Origin: a virus
Virus genome (UHGV): UHGV-1381253
Direction: 5' to 3' (one strand)
Length of the DNA stretch: 43,188 nt
Shown: positions 15,347-24,365 of the stretch, one piece after another
Numbering within the stretch: the stretch's first letter is position 1
Layout of the letters: each line of letters opens with the position of its first letter
Made by a program: the position numbers and the translations under genes
The notes under the pieces: model-generated
Database searches by the model: none
The model's input: the letters and a program-made list of their open reading frames with translations, nothing else
What the model was told of the DNA's origin: nothing

Positions 15347-15634
15347 ATGGAAGTAACATTTACAGGAACACCACATGAAATCAGGCAACAATACGAACAG
15401 TGGTTAAACACACTTGATATTGAACAACAGCTACTATATAATAAAATAGTAATCACAGGAGACAAAAAAGACAAAGTACCATTATCAGAGTATAAAAAAG
15501 CAATTCAAGAAATTGCAATTGATAATGGAGGAGGAATAAAAAGTATTGACAACGAGATCATACAATGCTACAATGTAGAAAAGAAACGATTCTCAGATGG
15601 CTATTGTATCACAGGTATCAAAATAAAACAATAA
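15347..15634 (+). CDS. Hypothetical protein (95 aa)
   Basis: RBS AAGGAGGA. Early region. Confidence 0.5.
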   Translation: MEVTFTGTPHEIRQQYEQWLNTLDIEQQLLYNKIVITGDKKDKVPLSEYKKAIQEIAIDNGGGIKSIDNEIIQCYNVEKKRFSDGYCITGIKIKQ

Positions 15635-15639
15635 ACCAG

Positions 15640-15668
15640 TTGACACTGGTTTCCACACATGCTATACT
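15640..15668 (+). promoter_or_regulatory. Promoter TTGACA-17-TATACT with the -35 inside an inverted repeat (aaccagt tgac actggtt)
   Basis: ttgaca ctggtttccacacatgc tatact, then the leader tagttcataagataaagaggaggaag. Confidence 0.55.
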
Positions 15669-15700
15669 TAGTTCATAAGATAAAGAGGAGGAAGTATAAT

Positions 15701-15937
15701 ATGACACACGAAAAATACAACAAACTACAAAAGAAAATAGACATGCTTTACAGCGATTTTATTGACTTAGCAGCTGACACTGAAACAGCAGGCGAAGATA
15801 TGAGCAAAGTTTCAGAATGGGTAGACAACAACATTCAACCAATTATTAACTGGGCAAACGATAATGACGCTGAAGAAAAAGTTCTAACTGAGTTAAGATC
15901 TGACTACATTAAATTAAAGGAGATGCGAGAATGTTAA
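15701..15937 (+). CDS. Hypothetical protein (78 aa; start moved to MTHEKYN downstream of the promoter)
   Basis: The track start at 15659 lies inside the promoter. The ATG at 15701 has a strong AAGAGGAGGAAG RBS. Confidence 0.5.
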   Translation: MTHEKYNKLQKKIDMLYSDFIDLAADTETAGEDMSKVSEWVDNNIQPIINWANDNDAEEKVLTELRSDYIKLKEMREC

Positions 15938-16257
15938 GCAAGTACTACACTGATATAATGAAAATACAACTTAGAGAGTTCAAGCGACTCTCTAAGTACC
16001 ATGATAAGTACGTAAGTAAAATGATGGAACTGAACGAACCAGGTAATATGTCAAATCATGGAACACAAAACTATTGGCAAACACTCAACAAAATAGAACA
16101 ATCTGAGAAAGAAATGCGTATCATAATCAAAGAGTTAAACGAACTAGAAAAGCGCTTTCACTGGTTAGGTAATTTGCACCAAGAGCGCTTTCATTTTCTC
16201 ACTAAAGACGAAGAATTATTGCAGAAAATTATCAAGTTGATGGACATTCAAAAATAG
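15931..16257 (+). CDS. Hypothetical protein (108 aa)
   Basis: Start overlaps the upstream stop. RBS GGAGATG. Confidence 0.5.
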   Translation: MLSKYYTDIMKIQLREFKRLSKYHDKYVSKMMELNEPGNMSNHGTQNYWQTLNKIEQSEKEMRIIIKELNELEKRFHWLGNLHQERFHFLTKDEELLQKIIKLMDIQK

Positions 16258-16266
16258 GAGGAAACA

Positions 16267-16482
16267 ATGAAAAACGAAGATAAAATATTAAGAACACTGG
16301 TTTCATTGTTACTTATTTTCCTGGTATGTCTTGATCTAGTCGCGATTGTACTAATTATTGACATACTACAATATTCACTAGTAACAACCATACCACTACT
16401 GATTGTAATCGTAGCGCTAACAGTATCATTAAATGTGGCACTAATAGTAATGTTAATTGAAACCAAGAACGAGTGGAAATAA
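16267..16482 (+). CDS. Hypothetical membrane protein (71 aa)
   Basis: RBS ATAGGAGGAAACA and two TM helices. I prefer it over the antisense ORF 16248-16466. Confidence 0.5.
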   Translation: MKNEDKILRTLVSLLLIFLVCLDLVAIVLIIDILQYSLVTTIPLLIVIVALTVSLNVALIVMLIETKNEWK

Positions 16483-16513
16483 TAATCACACTAAAACTAG
16501 GAGGAAAAACAAA

Positions 16514-16675
16514 ATGACTACATTTATTATTCTAGCAAAAAGAAACACACAAACCATTCAATTGAGTTACTTAGCTGAAAATATGAGAGCTGCAATTGAT
16601 GAATTTCGCTTGACATATCCCAAAAAGAAGTATAAAATTATTGATTGTAAGGAATCAACTAATTACAATAGATAG
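16514..16675 (+). CDS. Hypothetical protein (53 aa; start at MTTFIIL with RBS CTAGGAGGAAAAAC)
   Basis: Internal start of the track ORF 16457-16675, with a strong RBS. Confidence 0.45.
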   Translation: MTTFIILAKRNTQTIQLSYLAENMRAAIDEFRLTYPKKKYKIIDCKESTNYNR

Positions 16676-16685
16676 GAGAAAAAAA

Positions 16686-16859
16686 GATGATAGGTGATAT
16701 TATTCTATGGCTAAGACGTGTTAAGAAAGAAATGTTCTGTATACATGAATATGAGTGGCGTGAATTAACAGAAAAAGAGCGTAAACTAGAAGGTAACAAG
16801 TATACTCTAAGTATATTGGTTTGTAAAAAATGTGGGAGAGGTGGCGAACCATACTGCTA
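16686..16859 (+). CDS. Small zinc-ribbon-like protein (57 aa, not in the ORF track)
   Basis: Hand-translated MIGDIILWLRRVKKEMFCIHEYEWRELTEKERKLEGNKYTLSILVCKKCGRGGEPYC. RBS ATAGGAGAAAAAAAG. Confidence 0.35.
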
Positions 16860-16945
16860 ACTTTTGTGATATTAGCGAAGTGTAACAATCACACTAATAA
16901 ACAGTATATTTAGTAGTTTAATTGTAACAGAGGAGGAAAATAATA

Positions 16946-17257
16946 ATGAACAACTTATATTTAAAAGAAGGACAAACATATATTTGTACAGACACAAAAT
17001 ATAGATGGTGGACAGTAGGTAAAGAATATAAGGTTGTATTGAACAAATACGGAAGTCCAGCACTAGTAGATGATGACGGTGATAAGTGGTTCAATCCTCA
17101 ACCATCTGAGATGTCAACTGACTTCAAATTAAAAACAGATGATTCAGAACCAAAGTACACGCCATTTGAGGTTACTAAAGTAATTATCAAAGCCTATCAA
17201 CTGTATGACAATGATTCACAACGCTTGGCATATATAAAAGGATATTTTGCAAAATAA
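16946..17257 (+). CDS. Hypothetical protein (103 aa)
   Basis: RBS AGAGGAGGAAAATAATAATG. Confidence 0.5.
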   Translation: MNNLYLKEGQTYICTDTKYRWWTVGKEYKVVLNKYGSPALVDDDGDKWFNPQPSEMSTDFKLKTDDSEPKYTPFEVTKVIIKAYQLYDNDSQRLAYIKGYFAK

Positions 17258-17272
17258 AAAGGAGGAAAAATA

Positions 17273-17452
17273 ATGTTTACAGTATTAGTGACAAAATACA
17301 ATGCTGGAGAAGGTATAGAAGTAACTGAATTTAATTACATTGATAAATATTACTTTGAAGATGACTATTTAATTTTATACGATAATACCAATAAAGTAAA
17401 AACCCATATTCAAAAAGATCAAGTTTTAGAATTTGAGGTGCACTATGAATAG
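17273..17452 (+). CDS. Hypothetical protein (59 aa, not in the ORF track)
   Basis: Hand-translated MFTVLVTKYNAGEGIEVTEFNYIDKYYFEDDYLILYDNTNKVKTHIQKDQVLEFEVHYE. RBS AAAAGGAGGAAAAATAATG. Confidence 0.4.
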   Translation: MFTVLVTKYNAGEGIEVTEFNYIDKYYFEDDYLILYDNTNKVKTHIQKDQVLEFEVHYE

Positions 17453-17627
17453 AATGAACGAACTAATCACATTAACCAGAATTGATGAAACAACGGTATA
17501 TGTAAACATTAATCACATTGCAGCATTCTATCACAGCAAAGCGTGGGAATATACTATTGTCATACTGTTAGGTGGTACTCAATTAGATGTAAAAGACTCA
17601 GTGGAATCAATTGCTAAATATTTTTAG
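17445..17627 (+). CDS. Hypothetical protein (60 aa; start at MNRMNEL)
   Basis: GAGGTG RBS. Overlaps the upstream stop. Confidence 0.4.
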   Translation: MNRMNELITLTRIDETTVYVNINHIAAFYHSKAWEYTIVILLGGTQLDVKDSVESIAKYF

Positions 17628-17657
17628 ATAAAGGGTATAGCACAAATGAAAAGTTTG

Positions 17658-17666
17658 TGCTATACT
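17658..17666 (+). promoter_or_regulatory. Extended -10 promoter TGcTATACT preceded by the inverted repeat agcacaaa/tttgtgct
   Basis: It shares the conserved leader ...tatacttagtgcataa... with the other early promoters. RBS GAGGGAGGA. ATG at 17700. Confidence 0.4.
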
Positions 17667-17699
17667 TAGTGCATAATATATGAGGGAGGACTTAATGGA

Positions 17700-19286
17700 A
17701 TGAATGAATTAACGAAAATAGACTATTCAGCACCTGATGAAGAGTTATTACCTGTTTCAAATAAACACTTTCCAAGTGAGGAGTTTGTGGACTTCAATTC
17801 AGAACTAGGACGAATGTACTACGGAGGTAAAGATGGCACGCAGCCAAAGTTTGAGATTCAACAAGAATTGTTTATTGATAAATTTAATCAGTTAGCCTAT
17901 GTGTATGCACACCCTAACTTAAATGCACCATATGTGTACAATGCAGACACTCGTATCTGGTCTGAGGTAAATCTAGGTAGTTACAAATATGCGGACTGGT
18001 ACTTTGAGAACATTCTAGCGCCAAAATTCATACCACAATTCAGAAATCCAGAATTTGGGAATGAAATTCGTAAAGAAATGAAGAAGTTAGCTCCTGAGTT
18101 GGCTAATCGCTCCATGACACGTGGGGAACATGCACCATTAGGTGACAATCCTAATCCAAATATTATTGCCTTTGAGAATGGCACATATGACTTTAAAACC
18201 AATAATATTCGTGAGACCAGATTAGAGGACTACCACACACTGCAATTACCATATCCATTAATTAAGACAGATGAAACAGATGAACTATTGGCTAAACAAT
18301 GGATTGACTATCTATTGAAAGATCAAGCACAGACATTATATGAATATATTGGTTATATGTATTATAGAGAATACAAATATCAATCAATCTTATATTTATT
18401 AGGTAATGGCTCAAATGGTAAATCTTACGTAGGTGGTTTTATCATGAATAAGTTAATCGGTTTCAAAAACAGTTCAGCAGTTGGTCTAGACAGCTTAGCA
18501 GATAAAAACAATCGTTTTGATAAAGCTTCATTACACCATAAATTATTGAACTTTGAAGCTGATTCTAGTGCAAACTTTGTTAAGGGTACTGAAACACTAA
18601 AAAAGCTTTCAGGAGGTCTTGACGCCGTTCATGCTGAGAAAAAGGGTAAAGACGCATTTAGCTTTACCAACTATGCGAAATTGATGTTCTCAATGAATGA
18701 ATTACCAGCCTTTAATGATCGCACCAATGGATGGTATAGACGGATTTTGATATTAAATTTCAATACCAATCTTGATACACCAGAAGCACGTGAACGCATT
18801 AATGAATTCAACAAACAACGTGAGGCACGTGAATCAAAAGAACAACTTGGCAAATTTGCATGGTTCTGTATTCAGCAATTCAAAAAGATTTTAGACGCTG
18901 GTACAAATGGTGAAAACCCATTCACAGAGACAGAAGATATGATTGCGTTCAAGAAAGCTTATATTGAATCAAATGATCCATCCAAAGAGTTTTTGAGTGA
19001 AGTACCTGTGATTGTGGAAGATGCAGAAGGTACTGTTAACCTAACACTACTAAAAAATATCTTTAATGTGTACACAAAAGAGAACAATATAAACAAATCA
19101 ATGAACTGGCGTACCATGAAAGAATTGCTGCTGAAGCAAGGGTTTGAAGAAAAACGCACCAGTAAAGCACGTGTACTGACTGGCCTAAAAATTGCACGTA
19201 ACGGAGACAATGAATCAATCAAACCATATCTGATGAATGCACTAGCAGGAACAGAGTATGTAAACATTTTCAATGATGTACAATAG
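17700..19286 (+). CDS. SF3 helicase of the D5 / P4-primase C-terminal family (replicative helicase)
   Basis: Walker A LLGNGSNGKS. A Walker B-like region and a D5_N-like middle region. 528 aa. Confidence 0.75.
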   Translation: MNELTKIDYSAPDEELLPVSNKHFPSEEFVDFNSELGRMYYGGKDGTQPKFEIQQELFIDKFNQLAYVYAHPNLNAPYVYNADTRIWSEVNLGSYKYADWYFENILAPKFIPQFRNPEFGNEIRKEMKKLAPELANRSMTRGEHAPLGDNPNPNIIAFENGTYDFKTNNIRETRLEDYHTLQLPYPLIKTDETDELLAKQWIDYLLKDQAQTLYEYIGYMYYREYKYQSILYLLGNGSNGKSYVGGFIMNKLIGFKNSSAVGLDSLADKNNRFDKASLHHKLLNFEADSSANFVKGTETLKKLSGGLDAVHAEKKGKDAFSFTNYAKLMFSMNELPAFNDRTNGWYRRILILNFNTNLDTPEARERINEFNKQREARESKEQLGKFAWFCIQQFKKILDAGTNGENPFTETEDMIAFKKAYIESNDPSKEFLSEVPVIVEDAEGTVNLTLLKNIFNVYTKENNINKSMNWRTMKELLLKQGFEEKRTSKARVLTGLKIARNGDNESIKPYLMNALAGTEYVNIFNDVQ

Positions 19287-19297
19287 GAGGAAACAGA

Positions 19298-19516
19298 ATG
19301 AAAAAATATAGTATTTACACAACCAATTCAGCAGAACCATTTCTAGTAGAAACTGAGGAAGATTTGATTGCTAAGTTTAGGCATGCGTTGAGTACAGAAG
19401 ATTATGACTTATATATCCAACACACTAAAGATTTAATTGGAATGGGAACATACAATTATAAGGTACTACTAAACGTGAACAATATTGTGTCAATTACCAT
19501 GTCAGAGAAAGTTTAA
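19298..19516 (+). CDS. Hypothetical protein (72 aa)
   Basis: RBS AGGAGGAAACAGAATG. Confidence 0.45.
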   Translation: MKKYSIYTTNSAEPFLVETEEDLIAKFRHALSTEDYDLYIQHTKDLIGMGTYNYKVLLNVNNIVSITMSEKV

Positions 19517-19526
19517 TATTTTTTGA

Positions 19527-19560
19527 AAGAAAGTTGACTAAAACAGTTGACTTTCTTTTT
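19527..19560 (+). terminator. Rho-independent terminator whose 3-prime arm contains the -35 of the next promoter
   Basis: Stem aaagaaagt/actttcttt followed by ttttt. TTGAC occurs in both arms. Confidence 0.5.
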
Positions 19561-19575
19561 ATATCATGGTATTAT
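19547..19575 (+). promoter_or_regulatory. Promoter TTGACT-17-TATTAT with an extended TG
   Basis: ttgact ttctttttatatcatgg tattat, then the leader taattcatagagataaaggaggaaac. Confidence 0.5.
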
Positions 19576-19604
19576 TAATTCATAGAGATAAAGGAGGAAA
19601 CAAA

Positions 19605-19799
19605 ATGACACATGAAGAATTAATTGAGCATAAGAGCACATTACAATGTAAAATAAATGACATAAGTAAAACCATAGACTCTTTTAAAAGTATTGGGGTG
19701 ACTAACCTTATAAACAGGTTAGAGGATACACGTGACTTTTTAATTCAGTCAGTATATATTATCAACACTGAACTATATAAAGAGGAGGAAACAAAATGA
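19605..19799 (+). CDS. Hypothetical protein (64 aa; start MTHEELI)
   Basis: The track ORF 19566-19799 begins inside the promoter. The ATG at 19605 has RBS AAAGGAGGAAAC. Confidence 0.45.
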   Translation: MTHEELIEHKSTLQCKINDISKTIDSFKSIGVTNLINRLEDTRDFLIQSVYIINTELYKEEETK

Positions 19800-19888
19800 C
19801 ATTCATGATGATGGGATTATTATTTATTGGAGTAGTAATTTACGGAGCTGGAGTACTTATACACTGGCTAGAAGAAGGAGGATATTAA
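19796..19888 (+). CDS. Small hydrophobic peptide (30 aa, speculative)
   Basis: MTFMMMGLLFIGVVIYGAGVLIHWLEEGGY with a strong RBS AAAGAGGAGGAAAC. A single TM helix. Confidence 0.25.
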   Translation: MTFMMMGLLFIGVVIYGAGVLIHWLEEGGY

Positions 19889-19889
19889 G

Positions 19890-20072
19890 ATGCACACTGG
19901 ATTTAAAGACAAAAATCATATTTATGCTATTGAAGTATTGAACGATAAAGGAGAATGGGTAAGACACATGTATGATGTACCTATAGATTACTATAGCATA
20001 AAGAAGTTGGGTGAATGTTATAAATCAAGAGGATATACACTAAAACAAGTTAGAATTGTGAAGGTGTTGTAA
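19890..20072 (+). CDS. Hypothetical protein (60 aa)
   Basis: RBS GAAGGAGGA. Confidence 0.4.
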   Translation: MHTGFKDKNHIYAIEVLNDKGEWVRHMYDVPIDYYSIKKLGECYKSRGYTLKQVRIVKVL

Positions 20073-20073
20073 G

Positions 20074-20289
20074 ATGAATAAATTGAATTATAGAAAAGAC
20101 CTAACAACAGAAACTAATGAGAAAGTACGTATTTCAACGTATGATGACGATTGTGAGATTTACATTGGACTAATAGACGATGACAGAGATTATGCCGTTG
20201 TAACACTAACACTGAAAGAGGCACAACGTGTGAAGCGCTATTTAGAAGACGCTATTACAACTCATATTATAAATTGGGAGGAAGATTGA
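20074..20289 (+). CDS. Hypothetical protein (71 aa)
   Basis: Start overlaps the upstream stop. Confidence 0.4.
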   Translation: MNKLNYRKDLTTETNEKVRISTYDDDCEIYIGLIDDDRDYAVVTLTLKEAQRVKRYLEDAITTHIINWEED

Positions 20290-20639
20290 TGACAGAATCA
20301 CAATTTTCAAGAGAAGTAACAACTTACCTAGAAAGTAAAGGTGCTATCGTTAATAACCAAACAGGAGGTATGTTTTCTAAAGTTGGTGTATCTGATTTAT
20401 TAGTATGCTATAAAGGTTACTTCATTGCGTTAGAATTGAAGGTAGGTAACTACCAGCCAGATCCATTGCAAATCAGTTACTTACAAAAAGTACGTTACGC
20501 TGGAGGTTTTGGGCTGATTCTACATGACGCACTTCAAGAACTCATGGTTTTACTATCTTGCATTGACAATGGAATTGAACGACAATACAAGCAACCAGAG
20601 TTGCCAGAAATTAACGTGGAGGAGATTATTTATGATTAA
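20289..20639 (+). CDS. VRR-NUC domain nuclease
   Basis: VGVSDLLVCYKGYFIALELKVGNYQPDPLQISYLQKV matches the VRR-NUC core (D...ELK...Q). Start at ATG 20289 with RBS GGAGGAAG. Confidence 0.65.
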   Translation: MTESQFSREVTTYLESKGAIVNNQTGGMFSKVGVSDLLVCYKGYFIALELKVGNYQPDPLQISYLQKVRYAGGFGLILHDALQELMVLLSCIDNGIERQYKQPELPEINVEEIIYD

Positions 20640-20799
20640 AGAATACGGTATTATCTATGAAAAGAAAGAATATTATGGAAATCAATTTGAGACAACGGAA
20701 CATCAAATAAAAATACCTGCATTAACACTTTTTGACGCTGTAGATTATGCGCATAATACCCTAGAATTAGAAGGTATTAAAGATGTTTTTGAATTATGA
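20632..20799 (+). CDS. Hypothetical protein (55 aa; start MIKEYG)
   Basis: Internal start of the track ORF 20524-20799, downstream of the VRR-NUC stop with ATGA overlap. Confidence 0.4.
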   Translation: MIKEYGIIYEKKEYYGNQFETTEHQIKIPALTLFDAVDYAHNTLELEGIKDVFEL

Positions 20800-20908
20800 G
20801 TTGGATTATGAAAGCAAAAATAGTAGATATAGAACAGGTAACAGTATATGCAGCAAATAAAGAATATATGCATTTCTTAAAAATAAGGTATAAATGGGAG
20901 GTATTAAG

Positions 20909-22198
20909 TTGAAGCTATTTGACTATCAGAAAGAGGCAATTGAAAATTTTGAGACTAAGCCGCTGAACCTATCAGACGTTGGGACAGGTAAATCATACAT
21001 GAGTATTGGCTCATATGTTAAAAGTGAGTGTGATAAATTACTAATTATTTGTTTAGCTCCTAAAGTGCTAGATTTCGCAGAAGATGGGGAACAATTTGGG
21101 TTGACTATCACACCACTAAACAAAGGTACTAAAAAGAATAGAGAACTATTAGTAGAATCAAACCAAGTAGCAATTAGTTTTGAAAGTAGTTGGCGCTTAA
21201 CTGAACTATTAAAATGGGTAGATAAAGATACCTTTGTTATTATTGATGAATCACATAAAGTAGGAGTAAGTAAATCTAAAGTAACTAAGTTCGTTATGCA
21301 ACTAAGTAAGAAAGCAAAGTATACGTATTTATGCACAGCAACGCCTGTCAGCAATGGTAAACTTGAGAACTGGTATTCACAACTATACATTGCAAATGTA
21401 TTTAGAAAGCCTAAAAAAGAGTTTGAAGAGCTATTTGTCATAAAACAAATGCGTCAAATGGGAAGCGCTAGGTTCCTCCAAATCACTGGCTATCAAAATG
21501 AACATTTACTTCAACAGATGATTGATGAAGCAAGTGTGAACTATAAACGTAACAAAGGATATTTACCACAAGATTACGTTTACAAAACGAAGAAACCTGC
21601 AATGTACAATAAGTTGAAAAAGCAACGTATGTATCAAGCAGAAGAAGCACCGTTTAACCCTGAACTAATTGAGCTTGATAATAGTTCTAAACTATTTAAC
21701 TCATTAAGACAAGTCAGCCATGGTTTCCTGTATGGAATCAATAAGCAAGTATCTAAAGAACCGTTTGAACGTTTGGAAGCTATTCTTGAGACACATAATA
21801 ATGAACGTGTAGTGATCTTCTATAATTACAAATGGGAAGGGTTGATGTTAGGTAGATTATTAGACAAATTGAAACGACCGTATGGTACGTACAATGGATC
21901 TGTTAAAGATTTGAGACCATTTAAAGACAATGAAAATGGCTTAGTACTAGCACAATATAAGTCCGCTTCAACTGGGATAAATGATTTTGTGATTAGTAAT
22001 GTGACTGTGTTCAATAGCATGCCTCTAAGCTCTACAGAGTATTTACAAGCAAAAGGACGCACAGACAGACATGGTCAAGAGAAAACCCCTCTGTATTATC
22101 ATATTGTGCCTGACACGTGTATTGAGAAAAAGATTTTTGAGACAATCACAAACGGAAAAGATTTTACAAATGAAATGATAGAGGAGAGTGTGAAATGA
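20909..22198 (+). CDS. SF2 (DEAD/DEAH-box, SNF2-like) helicase
   Basis: Walker A DVGTGKS, motif II IIDESH, motif VI QAKGRTDRHGQ. The TTG start at 20909 has a GGGAGG RBS, and the ATG at 20894 is the alternative. Confidence 0.75.
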   Translation: MKLFDYQKEAIENFETKPLNLSDVGTGKSYMSIGSYVKSECDKLLIICLAPKVLDFAEDGEQFGLTITPLNKGTKKNRELLVESNQVAISFESSWRLTELLKWVDKDTFVIIDESHKVGVSKSKVTKFVMQLSKKAKYTYLCTATPVSNGKLENWYSQLYIANVFRKPKKEFEELFVIKQMRQMGSARFLQITGYQNEHLLQQMIDEASVNYKRNKGYLPQDYVYKTKKPAMYNKLKKQRMYQAEEAPFNPELIELDNSSKLFNSLRQVSHGFLYGINKQVSKEPFERLEAILETHNNERVVIFYNYKWEGLMLGRLLDKLKRPYGTYNGSVKDLRPFKDNENGLVLAQYKSASTGINDFVISNVTVFNSMPLSSTEYLQAKGRTDRHGQEKTPLYYHIVPDTCIEKKIFETITNGKDFTNEMIEESVK

Positions 22199-22350
22199 AA
22201 AAGAAATATAAAGGCTACTTTAAGAAACCAACATGTGCTGCACGTGAGATCAGATTCAAAAAGAAAATGATAGAGTCGTTCAACTTTACAGAGAAACCGC
22301 GTGTTGGATTATGGGTAAACACTTATAAAAAATATATAAATAAATTGTAG
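22195..22350 (+). CDS. Small basic protein (51 aa, speculative)
   Basis: MKKKYKGYFKKPTCAAREIRFKKKMIESFNFTEKPRVGLWVNTYKKYINKL. ATGA overlap with the helicase stop. Confidence 0.3.
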   Translation: MKKKYKGYFKKPTCAAREIRFKKKMIESFNFTEKPRVGLWVNTYKKYINKL

Positions 22351-22357
22351 AAAAAAG

Positions 22358-22386
22358 TTGACACCCCAATTAAGGGGTGTTATACT
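22358..22386 (+). promoter_or_regulatory. Promoter TTGACA-17-TATACT with the inverted repeat acacccc/ggggtgt in the spacer
   Basis: ttgaca ccccaattaaggggtgt tatact, then the leader tagtacataagtaagaggaggaagtaaaATG. Confidence 0.6.
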
Positions 22387-22414
22387 TAGTACATAAGTAA
22401 GAGGAGGAAGTAAA

Positions 22415-23155
22415 ATGAAAGAATTAAGACTAAAGACAAACGGCAAAGCACCACTAGTGGCTGGAGCTTTTGATGGAGAAAATATTAAATTGATTCAAGC
22501 ATGGGTGCAAGAAGGAGGTAACGTTGGTACACTTACAGGATCAGCTAGTGGTATTGCAGTCATTGACATTGATAATCATAATGGAGTAGATGGTCTTGGC
22601 AACTTAAAAGATTTTTTAGAAATGTATGACATTACATTACCTAAGACTAAAGTAGTTAAGACTCCAAGTGGTGGATTACACTACTACTTTAAACTTGATG
22701 AGAAATATAATGACACACAGTTTATTCAAAATCATCCGCAACTAAAAGGGGTTGACTTCCAAACTCATGGCCGCTACGTTGTTGCACCACCTAGTCAAAT
22801 TGATGGCAAATACTATGAGGTAGTACGTGATGTTGAATTAGCAGAACTACCTGATAAATGGTTAGAGATGTTCACAGATAAAACGATTACAGCAAAGAAT
22901 AAGAAGAGAGAGAGAAAGTGGACAGCAACCTTATTAGGTGATATAATTGCAGGTAGTGGAGAGGGAGGAAGAAACATCTGGCTAACCACTCAAATTGGTA
23001 AATTATTTGCAACTGGCTTAAATCACGACGAAGTGCGAGTATGGGCTCTATACGTAAACCAAATCGGATGTAATCCACCTTTGTCAGAAAATGAAGTACT
23101 ACAAACATATGAAAGTGTACGTAAGCGTGAGTTGCGTAGAATGGAGGAAGACTAA
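22415..23155 (+). CDS. Primase-polymerase (PrimPol domain protein)
   Basis: VIDIDNHNG...LPKTKVVKTPSGGLHYYFK...GRYVVAPPS matches the Prim-Pol catalytic motifs. Confidence 0.75.
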   Translation: MKELRLKTNGKAPLVAGAFDGENIKLIQAWVQEGGNVGTLTGSASGIAVIDIDNHNGVDGLGNLKDFLEMYDITLPKTKVVKTPSGGLHYYFKLDEKYNDTQFIQNHPQLKGVDFQTHGRYVVAPPSQIDGKYYEVVRDVELAELPDKWLEMFTDKTITAKNKKRERKWTATLLGDIIAGSGEGGRNIWLTTQIGKLFATGLNHDEVRVWALYVNQIGCNPPLSENEVLQTYESVRKRELRRMEED

Positions 23156-23340
23156 TGAATTACGATGAATTACTAACTAAACTAGACCAACTATTACCAC
23201 CAAAAAATCAAACACAGAAGGGGTCTGATAAATATTTTTACTATTGTTATGGATACTTAAAAGCGTTAGATAGTTTTAATATTATTTCAAAAGAAAATTA
23301 CCAAAAAGCGCACAGATATGTGAGTTTTTACTATGAGTAA
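23155..23340 (+). CDS. Hypothetical protein (61 aa)
   Basis: ATGA overlap with the upstream stop. Confidence 0.4.
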   Translation: MNYDELLTKLDQLLPPKNQTQKGSDKYFYYCYGYLKALDSFNIISKENYQKAHRYVSFYYE

Positions 23341-23361
23341 AAATAACAGCAAGGAGGAATA

Positions 23362-23538
23362 ATGATGAAGCTATTTATAAAAACTATGTTCACCAGGTTA
23401 TATGTGTTATTGGTAGGAGCAACAATAGTATATGCTTCAAATGAAGGTTTTTTAACGATCATTGGAAGTATTCTAATATATATACTATTTGGAGGTAGCA
23501 TAAAAATCTTGATTGACTGGGTAATTACGGAGGAATAA
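23362..23538 (+). CDS. Hypothetical membrane protein (58 aa, not in the ORF track)
   Basis: MMKLFIKTMFTRLYVLLVGATIVYASNEGFLTIIGSILIYILFGGSIKILIDWVITEE. RBS CAAGGAGGAATAATG. Confidence 0.4.
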   Translation: MMKLFIKTMFTRLYVLLVGATIVYASNEGFLTIIGSILIYILFGGSIKILIDWVITEE

Positions 23539-23741
23539 TGATGGACAAACAATTATTTAACACAGAGTTTACAAATGGATACTGCGTAACAGTAGTCAGT
23601 CAATCCAGATTTGAGTTAAAATATTATGTAGAGATGTTCCATGTTAATGAACCACAAGACACTCATAGAGTTGATTTTCATACAGCGCGCGAGGTTTTTG
23701 GATATTTGTCAGATATTCAAAACTATAAACAAAAAGACTAG
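23538..23741 (+). CDS. Hypothetical protein (67 aa)
   Basis: Overlaps the upstream stop. The perfect palindrome gactagccaattggctagtc overlaps its stop codon. Confidence 0.4.
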   Translation: MMDKQLFNTEFTNGYCVTVVSQSRFELKYYVEMFHVNEPQDTHRVDFHTAREVFGYLSDIQNYKQKD

Positions 23742-23817
23742 CCAATTGGCTAGTCTTAACGAGCGGAGGGAGGAGGAATCCCTATAATTTATTATAGCAT
23801 AAAATAAAAGTTTTGTG

Positions 23818-23846
23818 TTGACAAGTAATATACTATATGATATTAT
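23818..23846 (+). promoter_or_regulatory. Promoter TTGACA-17-TATTAT
   Basis: ttgaca agtaatatactatatga tattat. ATG at 23877. Confidence 0.5.
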
Positions 23847-23876
23847 AAATATATAAACAAGAGAGGATTTGATAAC

Positions 23877-24365
23877 ATGTTTAAAGTTGGAGACAAAGTT
23901 AGATGTATAGACAATGACAGAACACCCACCTTAACGATTGGCGAAGTATATGAAATTATATGTTCTGAGTATGATAATTTTATGAAGGAAACGTTTGTGC
24001 GCTTGAAAAATGACACGTCAGAATATATAGCTTCACGTTTTGAGAAAGTGACAGATTCTGATGAGTCTGAAGAATTAGAAAATACAATTGGTAAAATAAT
24101 CAAAGGTTCACATATTACTGGCAGTGTAATTGAATCTGAAGAATTAGAAAACACCAAACGTTACAAAACCACTTCAGGTAAACAATTATTTGATGTATTA
24201 GAAGATGACTTACTAACGCATGAAGAACTATGTGGTTTCTATAAAGCCAACATTTATAAATATACACATAGATATAAACAAAAGAATGGAATTCAAGATT
24301 TGAAAAAAGTGAAAGTTTATGTAGATCAATTAATCAAACTGGAGGAAAAACACAATGAGATTTGA
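23877..24365 (+). CDS. Hypothetical protein (162 aa)
   Basis: Internal duplicated SEELENT motif. The C-terminus YTHRYKQKNGIQDLKKVKVY resembles a phage DUF. Confidence 0.45.
   Translation: MFKVGDKVRCIDNDRTPTLTIGEVYEIICSEYDNFMKETFVRLKNDTSEYIASRFEKVTDSDESEELENTIGKIIKGSHITGSVIESEELENTKRYKTTSGKQLFDVLEDDLLTHEELCGFYKANIYKYTHRYKQKNGIQDLKKVKVYVDQLIKLEEKHNEI

Noticed and set aside
15659-15700. Track start of ORF 15659 (MLYLVHKIKRRKYN...)
   Set aside because: The start falls inside the TTGACA-17-TATACT promoter. The ATG at 15701 with a strong RBS is the real start.
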